Shown: in pieces, positions 59,800 to 64,000 of the stretch
Numbering within the stretch: the stretch's first letter is position 1
Layout of the letters: each line of letters begins with the position of its first letter
Virus record (IMG/VR): IMGVR_UViG_3300028920_000022
Coordinates: 62,001-126,000 of that record
DNA: 64,000 nucleotides
Reading direction: 5' to 3' (one strand)
Notes under the pieces: model-generated
Database searches by the model: none
Seen by the model: the letters and a program-made list of their open reading frames with translations, nothing else
Told to the model about the DNA's origin: nothing
Made by a program: the position numbers and the translations under genes

Positions 59800-61131
59800 A
59801 TGTGGAGAGAGTTCCGTAGACTTACCAAACAAGCGGAGCTTTACTGGAAAATAAAGCAAGATGGTGACAGCTATACCACCGAACATGGGCAGGTTGGTAC
59901 AGAAAACCCACAAACATTCTCAGACACACCCGGATCAAAAGGAAAAGAGGGAACTAAAGCATTCGTTAATGCTGTAGACAATTGCACCTTTAATGTGGAA
60001 CGTGAAATTCGCAAAAAGGAAGAACACGGTTATATAGAATACATAGATGGTAAACTGGTTAATACAGCAATTACAGATATAGATTTTAACAAATTTTTAC
60101 CTAAACCTTTTTGCAGTTATAAGCCGCAAACTTCTATCACAGAAAGTGCACATAAAAAGATTTTTAAACGTGGTGCTGCTAGGTATACCCGTAAAAGGGA
60201 TGGCATGCAGCATATTGCTGTCAGACACACTTGGGGTTGGGAAATATATACCCGAAGAATGGATTTGGCTAGTGATAGATTTCCCCTGCATATCAAACAG
60301 CTAGAGAGAACGAATTTTGGTGTAGGTACTATTTTAGCCGGTGAAATGATATGTGAGTTTGAAGGGCTAGATGATTTTACTGCACATGCCCGGGGCATTA
60401 GTCGTATTTGTAGGAGCGATCCGCCTGAGGCACGTAAACTGATTGAGGATGGGGAAGTAACCGAACCTATCTTTTACATGTTTGATATTATTTATAACAA
60501 CAAAATTCCGTTAAGAGATGTAAAATATGATGACCGTCGCCAGCTGTTCGTTGAAGGGGTGGGTGACGATTTAGAGCATATTAAATATGTTCAACTGATG
60601 GAGGGTTTAACTCCTGATAATTGGGAAAAAATAGCAAAAGAAAACAAATGGGAAGGGTTTGTCATTGTTGATGGCGATTCAGTTCCTGGGGAAAAATTCT
60701 TTTCTTTTGATGGAGACGCTAAGCGACCCAAGGGGCATCACAAACTGAAGCCGAATTGGGAAAGTGATGTTGTTATATATGCTGGGGTTTTTGGTACCGG
60801 CAAACGGCTGGGTAGAATTGGGTCAGTGTTGGTTGCACAAATCCACCCTCACACAAAGAAATGGATACGTTGTGGTAAGGTTGGTTCTGGGTTTACCGAT
60901 GAAGATCTGTTAGAGTTGGAACTGATTTTTACAGAAAAGAACTTACCAATATTCAAAAAAGAAAAAGAAGACACGGTTGATTTAGAAACGTGTGATGGAA
61001 TTGTGGCGATGATTGAGTATGGTGAGCGGCAACCAAAGACTCAGAAGTTTAGGTTTCCGGTGTTTATGCGTATCAGAACTGATAAAACAATGGGCGAGTG
61101 TATTGTGGAAAGATTAGCGGCAGAGGAATGA
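59800..61131 (+). CDS. ATP-dependent DNA ligase with N-terminal WGR-like domain
   Basis: TRKRDG, GEM, FDII, EGFV, KLKP, GKVGSGF, RFPVFMRIR.DK. Confidence 0.88.
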   Translation: MWREFRRLTKQAELYWKIKQDGDSYTTEHGQVGTENPQTFSDTPGSKGKEGTKAFVNAVDNCTFNVEREIRKKEEHGYIEYIDGKLVNTAITDIDFNKFLPKPFCSYKPQTSITESAHKKIFKRGAARYTRKRDGMQHIAVRHTWGWEIYTRRMDLASDRFPLHIKQLERTNFGVGTILAGEMICEFEGLDDFTAHARGISRICRSDPPEARKLIEDGEVTEPIFYMFDIIYNNKIPLRDVKYDDRRQLFVEGVGDDLEHIKYVQLMEGLTPDNWEKIAKENKWEGFVIVDGDSVPGEKFFSFDGDAKRPKGHHKLKPNWESDVVIYAGVFGTGKRLGRIGSVLVAQIHPHTKKWIRCGKVGSGFTDEDLLELELIFTEKNLPIFKKEKEDTVDLETCDGIVAMIEYGERQPKTQKFRFPVFMRIRTDKTMGECIVERLAAEE

Positions 61132-61178
61132 CCAAAGAATTAATACAACAACAGGATATGTTCAATATGTAAAGTGTA

Positions 61179-61829
61179 ATGTTGTTCCGGAGAGTTAATG
61201 TGGAAAAACCAACACCGCCTACAAAACCAAAACTTCCCGAAATCCTAGAAGGTTCCTCATCATTGCCGGGAATTTCTCCTCCAGAAGAATATTTCGATCA
61301 CATTATTTTCCAGACTAAAACTAACTTCGATATTGCGTTAGAGAAGTTTAAAAAAGATACTCCAAACCCGTCGCGAGAAGAAATTGTGAAGCATTTTCAG
61401 CAACAATATTATTGGGATGTGGAGTATAATAATGAAGGAGGTATTAATAGAATATATAGTGATCGTTTCGGTAACGACCCGAAAGATTTTGAAACAAATG
61501 CTCACAGCAGTTCTGGATCTAAACCTTTTTCCCTATCACAAATTATGGCACAAGTTGATCCATCAGATTACGACAATGTAATGGTAAAAGGTGTAGCTAA
61601 CTACAAAGGTGATTATATATGGGGAGACCCTGGGGTTTGTGTTTTTATTCGTAAAAGAAACCCACGATACGAAGAACAAACGAAAGCTTTTCAGGAATAT
61701 AGAGAAAAAGAAATGGAATATTTTAAACAGGAGGGAGTTTACAATAAAAAATTACAAAAATACGAAGCAGAACGAGAACAAAAAATTGCAATTAAAATTA
61801 AAGAAATGGAAGAAAACGGGGAGCTGTGA
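61179..61829 (+). CDS. hypothetical protein
   Basis: ORF. Confidence 0.65.
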   Translation: MLFRRVNVEKPTPPTKPKLPEILEGSSSLPGISPPEEYFDHIIFQTKTNFDIALEKFKKDTPNPSREEIVKHFQQQYYWDVEYNNEGGINRIYSDRFGNDPKDFETNAHSSSGSKPFSLSQIMAQVDPSDYDNVMVKGVANYKGDYIWGDPGVCVFIRKRNPRYEEQTKAFQEYREKEMEYFKQEGVYNKKLQKYEAEREQKIAIKIKEMEENGEL

Positions 61830-62390
61830 GTAAGAAAAATAAACAGGCTAAAACGGCAGCTAAAGAAAGAAACAAGGAAGCCGCAAATGTGCCTTTAACG
61901 GATGCTTATTTTATTTGTAAACGATTGTATCCAGGATATGCTGAATGGTTGGATAAACAGTTTTATATGCTTCAACAAAAACACAAAACATATTATGAAG
62001 ACAATTATCGTGTCTCGATAGTTGGAGACGCCGCTGCTGAACGGGAATATTTGCAGGTGCTTGGTCAGGGTTGTTGCGGTTTTATTGATGAAGTGGTAAC
62101 ATACAAAAACATTCAGTTTAAAGTTGGTTTTAATTATGGGCACTGAGAATGGATCGTACTGACAAAATAATGATTTCTTCTATCAGTGTTGTTGTATTAG
62201 CTTCAGTTGTTTTTTTGACACGCTCATGCACTAGACATATTAATGCACAGGAAAAATGTAATCGTGACGGTGGGACGCTTTTCTCTAACCTGCAGAATGA
62301 TTACATTTGCGTGAAGAATCAAGAAGTGTTATGGAAAGGTGTGGGGTCCGAATATTGGATGCAAGAATATGAATTAGGTGGGAAATAAGA

Positions 62391-63032
62391 ATGAAATCTC
62401 TTTCAACATATACCACTATTTGTGAAGCTACTGATCGGTTTGAAGCAGCGCATGCCATTAGGGCAAAAGAAACAGCCAACGCTGCGTTTGACTATGCCCG
62501 TGGTGAGAAACCAAAACATATTATCAAAAACATAAAAAACGCTGACGACATTGCCAGTCAACTAGAAATGTGGAATGAAGACAACGGATCTTGGCGCGAA
62601 TGGTTGGCACATCAGGGTTATGGTTTGCCAACAAAAGAGGAATCGGAAAAGAAAACAGATTCAAAAACAGATTCAAAAACAGATTCAAATGTTATGAGTA
62701 AACCGTGGGCGTTTACCGACGAAGAATGTGAACGTGATGACTTCGACGATTATGAGGAACTAGCGTGGGCTGCAGTCAAAACGAATGAATTATATTTTGG
62801 TTTTGATAATGAATTTGGTTATCCGTGTGTTGTGGTATGTCCAAAAGAATATTGGGATAGAGAACATCATTGGTATGATCAAACCCCATTTATGGAACTG
62901 ATAACCGATAAATGGCCAAAATATTTGAGCGAGTCTATGGAGGCGATTTTTGAAATTGAGAGAACAGTTAGCCAAGAACAATGTAAAAAAGATTTGGAAG
63001 ATTTGGGTTTAATATATAATCCAGAGTTATGA
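62391..63032 (+). CDS. hypothetical acidic protein with (KTDS)3
   Basis: ORF. Confidence 0.65.
   Translation: MKSLSTYTTICEATDRFEAAHAIRAKETANAAFDYARGEKPKHIIKNIKNADDIASQLEMWNEDNGSWREWLAHQGYGLPTKEESEKKTDSKTDSKTDSNVMSKPWAFTDEECERDDFDDYEELAWAAVKTNELYFGFDNEFGYPCVVVCPKEYWDREHHWYDQTPFMELITDKWPKYLSESMEAIFEIERTVSQEQCKKDLEDLGLIYNPEL
62652..62687 (+). repeat. tandem repeat (AAAACAGATTCA)x3
   Basis: read directly. Confidence 0.9.
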
Positions 63033-63496
63033 TATGCGCATATAAAAAACGTAGCGTTCTATTTGAATATATCAGGGCAATCAAACATATTAGCTTTGCC
63101 CCTCATAAAGCGGCTGGAATATTAATTATATGCTCAGAAGACAAATCAATTTATCTTATGAAACGTTCGTCCATTGTTCTTATGTCAGGAACCTGGGCAA
63201 TTCCCGGAGGATCGGTTAAAGAGGGTGAAAAACCATTTATTGGTGCATTAAGAGAATGTTTTGAAGAAATGGGATCAGTTCCTATTCCTGTAGACAAAAT
63301 AGGTGAGGTTTCTCTTTTTTATTATACAACCTATGCTTACGACATAACTTTGAATGCAAAAATATATTGGAGACCAATTATTAATTGTGAACATTCTGAT
63401 GCTAGGTGGTTTTCTCTTGACAATTTGCCAAGAAACCTGCATCCTGGAGTGAAGTACGCCATCAATAAGCTAGATCTAAGGAGGCGCCATGTCTGA
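63029..63496 (+). CDS. Nudix hydrolase
   Basis: W.IPGGSVKEGEKPFIGALRECFEEMG; EH...RW. Confidence 0.85.
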   Translation: MICAYKKRSVLFEYIRAIKHISFAPHKAAGILIICSEDKSIYLMKRSSIVLMSGTWAIPGGSVKEGEKPFIGALRECFEEMGSVPIPVDKIGEVSLFYYTTYAYDITLNAKIYWRPIINCEHSDARWFSLDNLPRNLHPGVKYAINKLDLRRRHV

Positions 63497-64000
63497 GTCA
63501 AAAGTTCGTTTGGAAGCAAAGAAACTGTCCTCCAAATTGGCTGGGCGTCCAGATTTGATCGAAGAATTCAAGGCTGGCTTTACCGAAGGAATGGAAGAGG
63601 GAATCAACAAACAAATCGATTCTCTTGTGGCTCAACAGGCGCAACTTACTAAATTCATGGATAGTGTTAAGGGGCTGTCCGATTCTAAAAAAGAAAAGCG
63701 CAAGGAAGCCGCCCGCAAAGCTGCTGCTACCCGCAAAGCCAACAAAAATAAAGCCGACACAAAATCAGAAAAGACTATCAAACGACATCCTGCCAGTGAG
63801 CAGGCGGTAAAGTTGCGGTCTATATTAAAGGAACCAGATACTTTGGTAAAGGTCGTGAAGCGGATTTATGGTGTTGCGCCATCAGAAAAAGAAGCCTCAG
63901 AGAGTATGTGGTTCAAAACTACTGATTTAGTAGTCAAGGTTTGGTCGGAATGTTTTGATTCTAAACTCAGTTCTAAAACTACTGCTCAAAATATTGTTCG
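63489..64000 (+). CDS. hypothetical Lys/Ala-rich protein, 3' partial
   Basis: AGGAGG SD; open frame MSESKVRLEAKK... runs off the window. Confidence 0.7.
   Translation, partial: MSESKVRLEAKKLSSKLAGRPDLIEEFKAGFTEGMEEGINKQIDSLVAQQAQLTKFMDSVKGLSDSKKEKRKEAARKAAATRKANKNKADTKSEKTIKRHPASEQAVKLRSILKEPDTLVKVVKRIYGVAPSEKEASESMWFKTTDLVVKVWSECFDSKLSSKTTAQNIV

Noticed and set aside
737-63519. Most minus-strand ORFs in the track
   Set aside because: They lie opposite well-supported plus-strand genes and show no motifs or initiation signals.
1-64000. Stop-codon reassignment
   Set aside because: Known enzymes are full length in code 11; TAA, TAG and TGA all terminate genes; no suppressor tRNA.

Overview
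A 64-kb, almost entirely plus-strand, gene-dense segment of a large (jumbo-type) dsDNA bacteriophage genome, standard genetic code. It holds early and accessory genes; no capsid, tail, terminase or replicative polymerase genes are recognisable. Most of the roughly 150 ORFs are short hypotheticals. Recognisable by motif: ArdC-like antirestriction protein, Ku plus two ATP-dependent DNA ligases, two RNA ligases, P-loop kinase, metallophosphoesterase, PncA, NAD kinase, two Nudix hydrolases, PRTase, TilS-like enzyme, radical SAM, NYN nuclease, two HNH nucleases, a minimal protein kinase, rIIA/rIIB and four tRNAs (Tyr-GUA, Leu-UAA, Lys-UUU, atypical Ile-UAU). Strongest unexplained signals: (1) about 11 otherwise unrelated small proteins ending in the same C-terminal motif, roughly E-x-x-I-K-D-[IV]-[IV]-x-stop; (2) repeated promoter-gene cassettes in which the TTGACA -35 box supplies the upstream gene's TGA stop and the downstream gene starts leaderless at +1; (3) several structured non-coding RNA candidates, including a 181-nt tRNA-shaped RNA with a large insert and two stand-alone promoter-to-terminator units at 16.1-16.7 kb; (4) a tRNA-Ile(UAU) next to a TilS-like gene. 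All family assignments are by-eye motif recognition, not database searches.
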